DNA of 64,000 nucleotides from Blepharisma stoltei ATCC 30299 (lineage: Eukaryota > Protista > Ciliophora), in the NCBI GenBank assembly GCA_965603825.1, contig CBFDEM010000005.1, positions 744,001 through 808,000 on the forward strand. The letters are read 5' to 3'. Below are positions 25,206 through 36,164 of the stretch, piece after piece. How positions within the stretch are numbered: position 1 is the first letter of the stretch; each line of letters opens with the position of its first letter. A model generated the notes under the pieces. That model worked only from the letters and a program-made list of their open reading frames with translations, ran no database searches and had not been told where the DNA came from. The position numbers were made by a program, and so were the translations under genes.

Positions 25206-25532
25206 TTATGGTAAACCTTTCAAAACATCATCAGGAACATTTTCAAGATCAAAGTCAAATTTAAATTCAACTTTTGGAATTAGTTGTCTTTTATAATTTT
25301 CTACCAAATTCGCAAGAGGAACACAAGGCTTATAAAATCAAGGTCGTCTTTGCTTGAATTTTGTTTGGCATAGTGGGCATTTTGAGGTCTTTTTTTCTCC
25401 GTTTTCTTTTGCAATTTCTTGAAGCTTTAATATACATTTTTTACAAAAGCAGTGTCCGCAATCAAGGCAAATAGGAGTATCAAAAATATCTAAGCAAATT
25501 GCACACTCAAGAGAATCGCTTCTACTACTCAT
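25206..25532 (-). CDS. Small C3HC4 RING-finger protein
   Basis: CAICLD...CGHCFCKKC...CPLC. The frame continues through TGA 25338-25340 to TAA 25206-25208. Confidence 0.85.
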
Positions 25533-25762
25533 AATCTTTGTGAACGACTTTTAATTTATTATTAAAAAGCGGGAATTTTCTACTCAATTTTAATCAAAAC
25601 TAACATTTATAAATAATAATTGGAAAAGCAGTTCGCAAGAATAATAATGGCATAAGCTAAGAAAGCGCCTTTGCACATAATATATCTATTTATCCTGCCA
25701 AATAATTCACGAGTCAAATAAATAATCTTAACTTGGAAGAAAATTTTAACGTAATATCTAAA

Positions 25763-26791
25763 ATGGCATCAAAAAAGCCTTTCCAATTCAACAACACCTT
25801 TTCAACTCTCAGCAATGAAGGATCTACTTTTATAGAAAGCACCCAGCAATTTTCATCAGTTTTAGACGATCGTGAAAGTTTTGACGAAGAAAATCAATCT
25901 CACTCATCATTCAGTAATACAGATCATTCAAAATCCCTTTCCTATAAAAAAATTCTATCTGGAACTTTAACTCGAGTCAATACTTGCATAGAAAAAAAGA
26001 AAAACTGGTTAGAAGAAGAAAAACGAAAAAAATTCCTTGAAGAGGTCTCAAATCTCCAAGACAAGCCAAAAATAAACAGTTATAGCAAAAAATTATTAAA
26101 TTCTACATCCCCAATCCATGAAAGAGTTAATGATATTATGAGAAGAAAAAGAGATAAAATTAAAAACATACAATTAGAGCTCCAGCTGAAAAAAAGAACA
26201 GAAGAAAAACAAGCATGCACTTTTAATCCCAAAAGTGCAAATACCTCTCCTCGACGTACAGCTGAACAATTTATCCAACAAGTCGGGATTTGGCACAACA
26301 AAAAACTTCAAAATCTTAAAAAAGACCAAACTGAAACTGAGAAAACCAAAGAACTGGAATTTACAAAAAATCCTTTAATCAATAAAAAATCGCAAATATT
26401 AGCACAAAAGGTATTTTCTAAATAGAGATCTAAAACACCTGTTTTTGATAGGCTATACACGAGCAAGAAAAGTACTTCTAAATCACCATCTCCATCATTT
26501 ACACCGAGAACATATGAGAAGTCTTTGGAACTTTCTCAAAAGCTAAACTTATCAGGTGTTTTTGAAAGACTTTACCCTGATTCAAAATCTAATACATTGA
26601 AAATTTTAATAAATAGCAATTCACGAACTCCTACTCATGAAAAATCAACAAAAATGCTCAGAGATAAGTCAAGAGAGAAAATGGCTCCATACAAAATTAA
26701 CACAGGAAAAGGAGCCATCCTAGAAAATTCTGTAAATGAGGTAAAGTTTGAAAATACTATGAGATTTCTACTGAGCAGTTTAAAGCAGTAA
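25763..26791 (+). CDS. Hypothetical basic protein with CTFNP/VFDRLY-type repeats; one 15-nt intron
   Basis: ATG at 25763. Intron 26411-26425 joins the two ORF fragments in frame. Recurrent KPKIN..S..L and V(F/H)(D/E)RL(Y) motifs. Confidence 0.75.
26411..26425 (+). other. 15-nt intron GTATTTTCTAAATAG
   Basis: Phase-0 intron ending in an in-frame TAG. The frame stays open after it. Confidence 0.85.
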
Positions 26792-27202
26792 ATAATCAAA
26801 ATTGCTAATAATCTATTTCTTATTGTAGAATTCTTTGATATTTTTCATTTTTTATTTCTGCCTTTTATTAATAGAATAAGATATTAAAGCATTATAAGAT
26901 ATTTCCAAAGGGATAAAATATTCGCTCATATTTATTATATTAAACAATTATCTTCCGGCTTTTTCACATATAAAATTTCTTTTTAGCTTTTTAAAACTGT
27001 TTATATACTCTAATAACCATATATTTTTTCCATTCAAGCATTTGATAACTACCAAATCACTATAAAGACAAAAACTATAACAATTTACTAATAATTCGTT
27101 TTATTTTTATCATAAACTTGGCTTATTATTCTTAATTTATTATTTTTTTTGATTTCAGCAGAATTCAATATGATATAACCGATTTCTTATTAGCTCTATA
27201 AA

Positions 27203-28834
27203 ATGTCAAGTGATGAAGATGAATGGGGGTGGGACGAAGAGGAAGAAGAAAACGACTGGTATGCTTCAGAAGAAGTCCCAGACTTATCTCGAGGAGTTTC
27301 ATATATACTTATGAGCGAAAAAGATATAGCTGAGCGCCAAATGCAAGCAATCGCCAAAGTTTCAGATCTTTTAGGTTTCACGAATTCCCAAGCTGCAGCA
27401 CTCCTTATGAAATATGACTGGAATCCTCAATTAGTCTGCCAAAGAATTACTGATTCTAGGTTTGATGATATTGCGATTCTTGACAGAAAAACGTCATTTC
27501 GCAAGTCAAATGAAAGCCAAACCTGCATGGTTTGCTGCCAAAGAGTCAAAGGCTTTGATATGAGAGGCTTGGACTGTGGGCACATGTTCTGCAAGCGCTG
27601 CTACACTGGATATCTCACGGAAAAGCTAAATGAAGGAGTTGCCTCAGTATTTGCTACCTGTCCTATGGATGGATGCAAAATGATTGTGCCTGAAGAACTG
27701 TTTCAAGACCTCCTTCCCTCACAACTTTTCCAGAGATACAAACGATTTTTGTTAAGATCTTTTGTCGATAATCGCCAAACAGTGAAATGATGCCCAGCCC
27801 CAGGCTGTCAATATGCAGTCGAATACCCCAAAATGAGAACTAAAGATATAGTCTGCAAATGTGGCTACTCATGGTGCTTTAAATGCGGAAAAGAAGCTCA
27901 TCGTCCTTTAGATTGTGAAAAGCTTAATAAGTGGAACGAAAGAAATTCGGGAATTGGGCTGTCTGGAGAAGATGATTGGCTTGTTGCAAACACAAAACAA
28001 TGCCCAAGCTGCAAGGTCAGGATCCAGAAAAATCAAGGCTGCATGCATATGACTTGTAAATGCGGGTATCAGTTTTGCTGACTTTGTGGGGGAAACTGGA
28101 CTGAACATGGAGAAGCTACAGGAGGTTACTATAAATGCAATAAATTTGAAGCCAAACAAAAAAGAGGTGAGCTTTCAGCTGAAGAGCGCAAAAGAGCTCT
28201 AGCTGCCCAAAGTACCCAACGTTACGAGCATTATTTTAACCGTTTTATGGAGCATAAATCCTCAATCCGCTTCGCAAAAGAAAAAAAAGCAAAAATGCTT
28301 GCAAGTGTTGACGCAATGAAACAAATTTTAAGTGGGTATTCTAGTGACTTTAATTTTATAGGAGAAATCTGTGACCTTATTATCAGCTCTAGAAGCTCTT
28401 TATGCTATTCTTACCCTCTTGGATTTTTCTTAACTTCTCCTTCTAAGCTGAGATTTTTTGAATTTGTGCAGGCTGAGCTAGAAAATTCGTTAGACAAGCT
28501 TGACGAGTTTACTGATAAAAATTTAGACGGCTATGTAATTGACACTGAAAGCGGGTTTAGGCTTGACCAAGCATTTTTTAATTATAGAAGTGACGCTTTA
28601 AGGCTGGCAGGAGTGGTCAGAGAGCATATCAGTAAATGTTTGACTGAGATGGAAAATGGCTTCCCAGATGTACTAGGGACTGATGAGCATGGAAAAACAG
28701 AAGAAGACTTGATTTTTTTATTAGAAGATGAGTCATTGTCACATTGGATATGCAGCTCATGCACCTATGCAAATGAAAAAGGCAAAACTGTCTGCGATAT
28801 TTGTCAAACAGCAAGACCAACACTACGTAATTAG
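27203..28834 (+). CDS. Ariadne-family RBR E3 ubiquitin ligase with C-terminal RanBP2-type zinc finger
   Basis: Acidic N-terminus, RING1, IBR starting VK-W(TGA 27788)-CPAPGC, RING2 QKNQGCMHMTC..FC-W(TGA 28079)-LC, Ariadne domain, then WICSSCTYANE....CDIC. Confidence 0.95.
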
Positions 28835-28855
28835 CGATAAATATTATTTTAATCA

Positions 28856-30805
28856 TTATTCTTGAACAGCAAAAATGTCCCCCCTCCCTTCTAGTTCTCT
28901 GTTTCTTTTTATTAATTTATTTTTTTCTAATGTCATTTGGTTGAGCAGCTTAGTATAATAAGCAGAAATCGCCTTGTGCTCGTCTCTCCATTTTTCGCCT
29001 AGTTTGGCTTGTGAAGCTACAAATTCATTGTATTTTTCTTCTGCCAGTCTTTGTCTTTCTCTTGCTTCTGCGATGTTTCTTTCTACATCTACAAGTTTGG
29101 CGTTATAGCTTGCCCCTAATTCTTGAGTTTTAATATAGAAATCGTCTCTCAGCTTATTAAGCTCTTCTACAAGATTGTCTCTTTCTTTAGAAACTTCTTC
29201 AAATTGGCCTTTGTGTCTTCTGCTTTCTTCTTTGCTTCTTTTTAAGGATGCTTTTATTGACTCAATTTCTCTATTAGAAGAATGTATCAGATTTTCATAA
29301 TTTTTCTTAAGCCTGTCCCATTCTTGTCTTTCATATCCGTACTGTTCATTCTGAGTCTCCAATAATCTTTTTTCAGTCAGCCTAACTTCTTCAGTCTCCC
29401 TCATCCTTCTCTCATACTCATCCAATCTTACATTTATGCGTTTTTGTTCTTCTTGGAGTACATTTTCAGCCCTCTGGACATCTTTTGCCAACGACGAGTT
29501 ATCTCTAGCTAGTCTTTCTGCTTGCAGCTGCAGTTCATTATTTCTTTCCTGTATCGACTTCAGCTCATCATCCCTCGTCGCTAACAGATTTTTATGTTTA
29601 TTTCTCATAGAGTCCATCATAATATCAAATTTGGCTTTCTGTTCTCCAAGCTCGGTCCTCAGCTGTTCATTTAGTCTTTCTATTTGTCGCTGGTACTGCT
29701 GGTCCTTCATAGCCATTCTATCTCTTTCTAAAAAGGCGTCTTCTACCCTCTGCTTGGCGTCTCTTTCTCTTTGGTCTAAGGCTTCTTCTTTCTGCTGATA
29801 TTTTGCGAGTTTTTCTTCATAGCTGTTCATGATTTTTAGCATGTTTTCGCATTCATTTTTAATGCTGTCACATTCACGCTTATAGTAATTCGCTTGATCT
29901 TTGGCTTCTTCTAAGTCTCTTTCTTGCATTATAGATTTATTGGTGAGGTCTCTGTCCCTTATAGAGTTATTGTGAGCTTCTTGTATCAGCATTTCGATTT
30001 CTTCAGACTTTTTGGCGTCTATTTCTTCATAAGCTTTTCTATAATATTCTCCATTCTGTTTGGCAAGTCTCAGCTCATTTTGTATTCTGTTTATCAAGGT
30101 ATTTTGTTCTTCTCTTTCCCTTTCTAAGTTTCCAAGCCTTTCTTGAGCTTTTTTCAGTTTTTCTTCAGCGATTTCTTTATACCCTCTGATTTCTTCTTCA
30201 TTCATCTGCAGATTTCTATGATCAGAAATAAGCTGTTTTAGCTGAGACCCGTATTTTTCTGCAGCTTCGTCCCTGTCCTTGGCTACTCTTTCTAATAGCT
30301 CATTTCTTGTTTTAAGGGCTTCAAGCTGCTCTAATAATAAATTATTTTCTGTTGATAATAAATCAAGACGCTCCTGCATTTCGTTTTTTTCTTCTAAATA
30401 GAATGCAGCACCAATCCCGCTGCTTTCTAGCTCTTTGCGCTCACGCTCTAGCATTTCGTGCCATCTCCGGTCCATTTCTTCACGCAGAGACGAGTTTTCA
30501 GCTGTAAGGCGCTTTGTGTGCTCTCCTATATCTATTAAATTTAGTTTAGCTCGTTCCAATGCAGACTCCAGCTCATGAATTCGGTTATCATAGGCTAAAA
30601 GTAAAGGGGAAAGAAAAACTGTATTCGCCGCCCATGGAGGTATAGATGGGTCAACTAATAAGTCAGACTGCGCTGGGAGTTCTTGACTTTGATTGATTTG
30701 ATATCTCCTAAGCTCTTGGTTTAACCGATTATTAAGGTCGTGCAAGTCATCATTTTCTCTTTGGAGGCTTGCAATTTTCTCTTGAAAAATTTGAATGTCT
30801 GCCAT
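28856..30805 (-). CDS. Centriole distal-appendage-type coiled-coil protein (CEP89/SCLT1-like)
   Basis: 649-aa coiled coil. PPW....FLSPLLLAYD and ENNLLLEQLE resemble CEP89; the C-terminal KWRDE resembles SCLT1. Confidence 0.6.
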   Translation of the reverse strand: MADIQIFQEKIASLQRENDDLHDLNNRLNQELRRYQINQSQELPAQSDLLVDPSIPPWAANTVFLSPLLLAYDNRIHELESALERAKLNLIDIGEHTKRLTAENSSLREEMDRRWHEMLERERKELESSGIGAAFYLEEKNEMQERLDLLSTENNLLLEQLEALKTRNELLERVAKDRDEAAEKYGSQLKQLISDHRNLQMNEEEIRGYKEIAEEKLKKAQERLGNLEREREEQNTLINRIQNELRLAKQNGEYYRKAYEEIDAKKSEEIEMLIQEAHNNSIRDRDLTNKSIMQERDLEEAKDQANYYKRECDSIKNECENMLKIMNSYEEKLAKYQQKEEALDQRERDAKQRVEDAFLERDRMAMKDQQYQRQIERLNEQLRTELGEQKAKFDIMMDSMRNKHKNLLATRDDELKSIQERNNELQLQAERLARDNSSLAKDVQRAENVLQEEQKRINVRLDEYERRMRETEEVRLTEKRLLETQNEQYGYERQEWDRLKKNYENLIHSSNREIESIKASLKRSKEESRRHKGQFEEVSKERDNLVEELNKLRDDFYIKTQELGASYNAKLVDVERNIAEARERQRLAEEKYNEFVASQAKLGEKWRDEHKAISAYYTKLLNQMTLEKNKLIKRNRELEGRGDIFAVQE

Positions 30806-30912
30806 AATATTTATTCAAACGATGAATTAATCTTAAATTTCAGCCTTTTCCTACTCTTAGTAATTCTTGAATAAAAAATTTTTTATTTAAATTATCAGTT
30901 ATTAATTAAGAA

Positions 30913-31707
30913 ATGACTGCTGTTTGCACCCCAAAAATAGACTCTCCGAATAATTCAAGGATTCTATCTGACCATGAAGAAGATAAACAGAACTATTTTG
31001 CAGACCATAATATGAACCCTACAATAGCTTTGGATCGGAGAGGGACATATTCGAGAAAGCTGTTTCACAAGATCCCTTTGAAGTATTGGTGGTATTCAAT
31101 ATTTTTTGTGATTTTTTTAAACCAAGTGCTGATTTTAGGAGCATTAGCGACTCCTCGCTGAGTTAAACAAGGAGATGAGCCTAATAGGTGAAAAGGAGGA
31201 CTAATTAAATGTGGGTCTTGCAATGGAAGATGGGAAGGGGAATATTATATGGCAATCTCAAATAAAGCTTGTGACGATGATATGGACGGATACTGCGATA
31301 CTTTTTCAATGCTACTCAAAGCAGGGATAGCGACTGCTGTATTTGAAATTCTTGCACTTTTATTTTTAAATATATGAGAAATGCTTATTTTTGTGGAACT
31401 CAGAGGGATTTTTGTATTAAAAGACTGAATTGTGTATTTCATTGTCGCAGCAGCTTTTATATCAAACACATTTGCAATTGCGATTTGGTTTGGAGTCACA
31501 GGAGCTACATTTAATGACGACTGCCACAAAGCTTCAAGTATTAAAAGCCATGAAAAGGTCTGTGCAACAGATGGACCAATTTTGATGATTGTTACTGAAA
31601 TTTGGATACCAATTACATGCATCTTTTTTTATTGGGTTTATAACAAAAGGTGGACAATTGTGCCAACTGAAAGTGCATCTGAGGCGACTACAGGAATTTT
31701 AAGGTAA
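30913..31707 (+). CDS. Four-TM claudin/PMP22-superfamily-like protein
   Basis: One frame through four TGA codons. TM1-ATPR-W...W-KGGLIKC..C resembles the W-GLW-C-C loop, followed by three more TM helices. Confidence 0.65.
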
Positions 31708-31740
31708 TATAAATTATTATTTAAAGATATTTATTGTAAT

Positions 31741-33123
31741 CTATATTATTTTATTATTGTTATTTTCTATATCTGTCCGTTGTTTTACATATTTTCCATC
31801 ACCTCCTTCCTCTTCTTCATACTCATTTTTTGATCTTTTATAATATGATTGCATGATAGGAACGGTCCATAAAATCGAAAAAATGCATACCATGATCATA
31901 AAATTAAAAACAGCGTCCCAACTGTACTCTTGTAATGCTCCGATCTATATGAAATTTACAATAAATTGACCTAAACTAGCTCCGATACCTCCTGAGCCAT
32001 CTACGATGCCAGCGATTGTTGCCTTGGCTTCTTCTTTGTTAGCATTTGCTTTGGCTTGGCCTAAATCAGCTGCTACAACTGAAGAAATAAAACATGTGAG
32101 TCCTCCTAAGGCTGCACCGAGCAGTGGTATTAATATAAAAAAATACCACAATGTGTCAGAAGTGCCGAGTTTTAAACAAAATAATAGTGGAATTGTAAGA
32201 ACTATTACAGGGGTGGTAACTAAAATTCTATCTTTTGTTTTGTCACTAAGCCAGCCTAATATAATAGTCCCTATTGTTCCTCCGAGATCATAAGAGCCCA
32301 CCATCAGGCCCATTTTCTCACCTTTTACTCCAATTTTTTTTTCTAAGAAATAAGGCAACCACATCATTAATCCATAGTTCATCATTTTGATTCCTGAATA
32401 AGTCAATGAGTAAAAAATCACCCCAGGTATCATACAAGCTTGCCTAATTGGAATTCTTCTTCTTTCAGGTATTGCTTGGATTTCTCTGGGGCTAATTCCA
32501 GGTGCTGTAATCAACGCAGAATCGACTTTGTCATCCACAGTGGCCCAAAATGCAACAGCTACCAATACAAGTAAAGATACCATTAGAACTGTTACATACT
32601 CCCAGCTTACCCCTTCAGCATACAGTCCTGCTGCCACTTGAGATCCTACGATATTTCCAACTACAGTATTTGCACTTCACAATCCCAATATTTTTCCACG
32701 AGAACCTTTAGAAAACCAAGTCCCCATAATTGCTACAGTACCCGGCCATACAGCAGAGAAAAAGAATCCTAAAAATCCGAAGAAGCCAATATAAGCTCCT
32801 GGATGAGTAACATTTAATAGTGCTAGTAAAATAATCTGCTTAGAACTTACAATCAAAAATACACCACCAGCCGATAGCATTGATATTGAAACTACCATGA
32901 CAACAGGATATGAATCTCCTAGTATTCCACTAATAAAATTTCCTGCTGCATAGCACATCAGAAAGACCATATCAAAACTTCCTAATCAAGTAGAGGAAAA
33001 TCCCAAAGTCTGATTTACTTCTGGTTTCGCCATAATTCAGCTCTCAAGCACAGCATGCCTTGATAGATTGCATAAAAAACTCAAAATAAAGACAATAAGC
33101 TGGGATTTGACAAGCCGATTCAT
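31741..33123 (-). CDS. MFS sugar-phosphate/Pi exchanger (SLC37/GlpT-like); two 15-nt introns
   Basis: ATG at 33123. Motifs W(TGA)LGSFD..FL.CYAAG, WPG...MGTWF....RG..LGL-W(TGA)-S....GNI.G, WLPYFL, V.ADLG and AGIVDGSGGIGA. TAG at 31741-31743. Confidence 0.9.
31945..31959 (-). other. 15-nt intron GTAAATTTCATATAG
   Basis: Removes an in-frame TAG and restores the last MFS TM helix. Confidence 0.88.
32836..32850 (-). other. Probable stop-free 15-nt intron GTAAGTTCTAAGCAG
   Basis: Matches the intron consensus (GTAA, A10, YAG). If retained it puts polar VSSKQ in the middle of a hydrophobic TM segment. Confidence 0.7.
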
Positions 33124-33205
33124 ATTTAAAATAAATTTAAAAAAATTGATTTATATTTTACTTATTTTAATCTATACTTTATTATTAAATAAACTTATTG
33201 AGCGA

Positions 33206-34237
33206 TTATTCAATCAGCTCAAATACATCTTCAACTGTATTTTCTGCCGGCTCTAGCTCTCCACCTATTTCTGCAATAAATTTGTTTATTTTTGAGTTAT
33301 CGATCACTGATTTTTCTTCTTTGATTTTTCTTTCTTCTACGACCTTTATAGGTGAGCTGCTCCCTTCAGGAAATCCAATCACAGGGATTGTCTGATTTTC
33401 GCCATCTTTTTCAGCAACCATTGAGGCTAAATGATTTAGTTCCCATTTCGCTATATCAGTCCTCAGCTTAATCCCCATTTCTTTATTTTCTTCTTTTGCT
33501 TCTTCTTTTATTACAGACACTCCTGGCCTCCTTGAAAACAATTTATGTTTTTTATATCGGCTCGTCAAGGCCAATTCCACATATCTTGTCCTTTCAATTT
33601 CTCCATTTTGCCCATATTTTGTAATTTTTCCTGGAATTTCTGAGCATGGAGGTGCTTGTGAGCCTTCAAATTTAAATGACCCATCTAAAGATTGGCTTCC
33701 GTCTTGCAAAAAATTTGCAATTTTAATAGATTTGTTTTGAATATACAGACATAAGCTTTGCTTAATTCTGTTATAGCCAGCAGCGTGATAAAGATGATAA
33801 GTGTCCATAGCGATTTCCTTGGCATTTTTTATCAAATTTTCTTCCTCAGTCCCTGGCACTAGCATTTTTAAGTCTTCTATTGATTTCAAGGTAATAGCAA
33901 AAAGCTCTTCTGGGTATATTAAGGTTAATAAATGCAGCTTAAGGTTCATAATCATCATTTTAAAGAGCTTGTCTATCCCGTTACGTGGCCGCAGTGGAGA
34001 GGTTTTGAAAAGTCCTTCAAAAAACTCTTTAGTTCGCTTTATGCTAAAAAGCTTTTGAGGTTTAAACAGCTCTTCGATAAGGGCGTAGGAATAAAGCCGA
34101 GAGATAAGATCTTGTTTTAATTTCATTCCTTTTTCTAAAGAAATGTTTTGTTCGGAGATTCGGTTGTTCAGAATTCTTATCATATCGGCACCTAGAAATA
34201 TAATGAGAATTGGAAGACTTGCATTTTCATCACTCAT
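33206..34237 (-). CDS. OSCP1: OSCP1 (organic solute carrier partner 1)-like protein
   Basis: SLPILIIFLGADMIRILNNRI..QNI...KG, IEELFKPQ, IDKLFKMMIMNLK and IKIANFLQDGSQ..DG.F match the family pattern. Confidence 0.8.
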   Translation of the reverse strand: MSDENASLPILIIFLGADMIRILNNRISEQNISLEKGMKLKQDLISRLYSYALIEELFKPQKLFSIKRTKEFFEGLFKTSPLRPRNGIDKLFKMMIMNLKLHLLTLIYPEELFAITLKSIEDLKMLVPGTEEENLIKNAKEIAMDTYHLYHAAGYNRIKQSLCLYIQNKSIKIANFLQDGSQSLDGSFKFEGSQAPPCSEIPGKITKYGQNGEIERTRYVELALTSRYKKHKLFSRRPGVSVIKEEAKEENKEMGIKLRTDIAKWELNHLASMVAEKDGENQTIPVIGFPEGSSSPIKVVEERKIKEEKSVIDNSKINKFIAEIGGELEPAENTVEDVFELIE

Positions 34238-35030
34238 ATTTATGAAAATGTTGTTAATAATTTAGTAATAAAGAATTATTCACTAGTTAGGTTAAGTTTT
34301 ATGATTCAAAATATAGTGTATGATACTAAATAAGTAGCAAAAAAGAAGAAGGTTTTATCTATAAACGTGATTTATAAAATCCTTATAAATTAGTTTATAA
34401 TGCTAAACAACACAAAAATCTCTTAGTCTCTATAAAATCAATAATTAACTACCTTCATTCTATTTATTTATTTACTCATATTATCAAATATAAAGTCTCC
34501 TCTATATATTTATCAGTCGAAAATGGCTGTATTTACTAAAATCATGCATAAAAGGAAGCACTAAAGAAGCCACCTTTATTGTCTCTATCAGACAAAACAG
34601 AAACAAAAAGGAAAAAAAAGATGGAAACTCCCAAGAAGAAAGTTCGGAAAGTCACCATTTCAGCTTTTTTCTGTAAATAAGGAATCAAAAACAACGAAGT
34701 TTGACAATTTTGGAATCCCTAATGGCCAGTCACTCCTAAGTAGAAAAATTCAAAGGAATTTTTTTGTAAAAAATAAAGAAAGGTCAAGCAATCCAAGTAC
34801 AATAATTAAAAGTCCGATAACAGCACCAATCAAACGACCGCCATCGCTTAAAATAAGAGCAATAGCGGCTAATCTTGGAAGGAATTCTTTAAATCCAAAA
34901 GTCGATGTAGATCCAAAATAAGCTCATATGATGCATTAAAGAAAGCAGAGAACGTAAAATAGATTTAATTCAAGATAATATAAATAATTATTGTAACTTT
35001 TAAATATTATTTTAAAATAAATTATATATA

Positions 35031-36038
35031 ATGATATATCAAGATGAATTTTCTAAGGACTCGCCTGAAACAAACAAATTTGTCAACTCGCCTAAAAATA
35101 GAAGACTAAAATACCGAGACTTAAGTTTTTCTGACACAAAACATGAAAATAGTCCCAAAAGTCAGCAGAGGCTTGACAGTCATAAAAAAGATAGATCACT
35201 TTCATTCGCAAGAGAAAGGCTGACTCCCTTAAAAATAAAATTGAATACCGACTTTTTAGCGAGGAACTCTGATGAATTTATTTATCAAAGTCAAGTTGAG
35301 CCATTACCCGAAATAAATGTTACTCCAATACGTTGGAGAAATAATGAAAGCGCTTTAATAAATGAGCGAAGAAATTCACCAAAAAGCCCGTTAACGGCAG
35401 GACCTATTGATTTAAATGAAAAAAAATTAATAAATTTATTTAAAACAACTCAAGACAATGGCTTTTCAAGAATGAAGTCCAGGAATGAGAAATTTTCAGC
35501 AGATTATAAAGCCAATTACATAAAACACACTCGAGAACAAGAGATAAAAAAAATGATAAATAAAACAAAAAAATCACAATACGAAGACCAGATAAATCTG
35601 AAAATTAATAATTTAAAAAAAGATAACGAGGAGCTACAAAAGGTCAAATCACCGACAAATGCAGAAATTAATGAAGCTGCTGCAATAAAAGCTGAAAAAG
35701 CTGCCTTAGAAGATGCATTAGAAAAACAAAAAAGGGAAAAAGAAATAAAAAAGCAACAAAAATTGAAAGAAGAGGAAGAAATGATTAAAAAATGGGCACA
35801 CGAAAAACTAGCAGAAAAAAAGGCAAAAAAGGAAAAAGAAAAACAGCTTAAAATGCTTGCGAATGAGCGGGAAATTCAGGCTCAAGAAGTCCAGCTGTCG
35901 AAAATGCAAGAAAAAGAAGCATCAGTTATAGAAACGAAAAAAATCCTGATGAAAACGATGAAAGATATGGAAGATTTTGAAATACGCAGACAAGAATTTT
36001 TCAAACGAAAAAATTTAATAAGCCCAGAACTCGATTAA
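35031..36038 (+). CDS. Hypothetical protein with C-terminal K/E-rich coiled coil
   Basis: 335-aa ATG-TAA ORF. Confidence 0.7.
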   Translation: MIYQDEFSKDSPETNKFVNSPKNRRLKYRDLSFSDTKHENSPKSQQRLDSHKKDRSLSFARERLTPLKIKLNTDFLARNSDEFIYQSQVEPLPEINVTPIRWRNNESALINERRNSPKSPLTAGPIDLNEKKLINLFKTTQDNGFSRMKSRNEKFSADYKANYIKHTREQEIKKMINKTKKSQYEDQINLKINNLKKDNEELQKVKSPTNAEINEAAAIKAEKAALEDALEKQKREKEIKKQQKLKEEEEMIKKWAHEKLAEKKAKKEKEKQLKMLANEREIQAQEVQLSKMQEKEASVIETKKILMKTMKDMEDFEIRRQEFFKRKNLISPELD

Positions 36039-36164
36039 GAAATGAATAAATCGATTTACAGTAATATTTCCATTAAAAAAATTAATATTTACCATATAAT
36101 TAGCAGGAGAAGGCTATATTATGTTAACCTTTATTTATAAACTAATAAGATTATTAAGGAAAAT

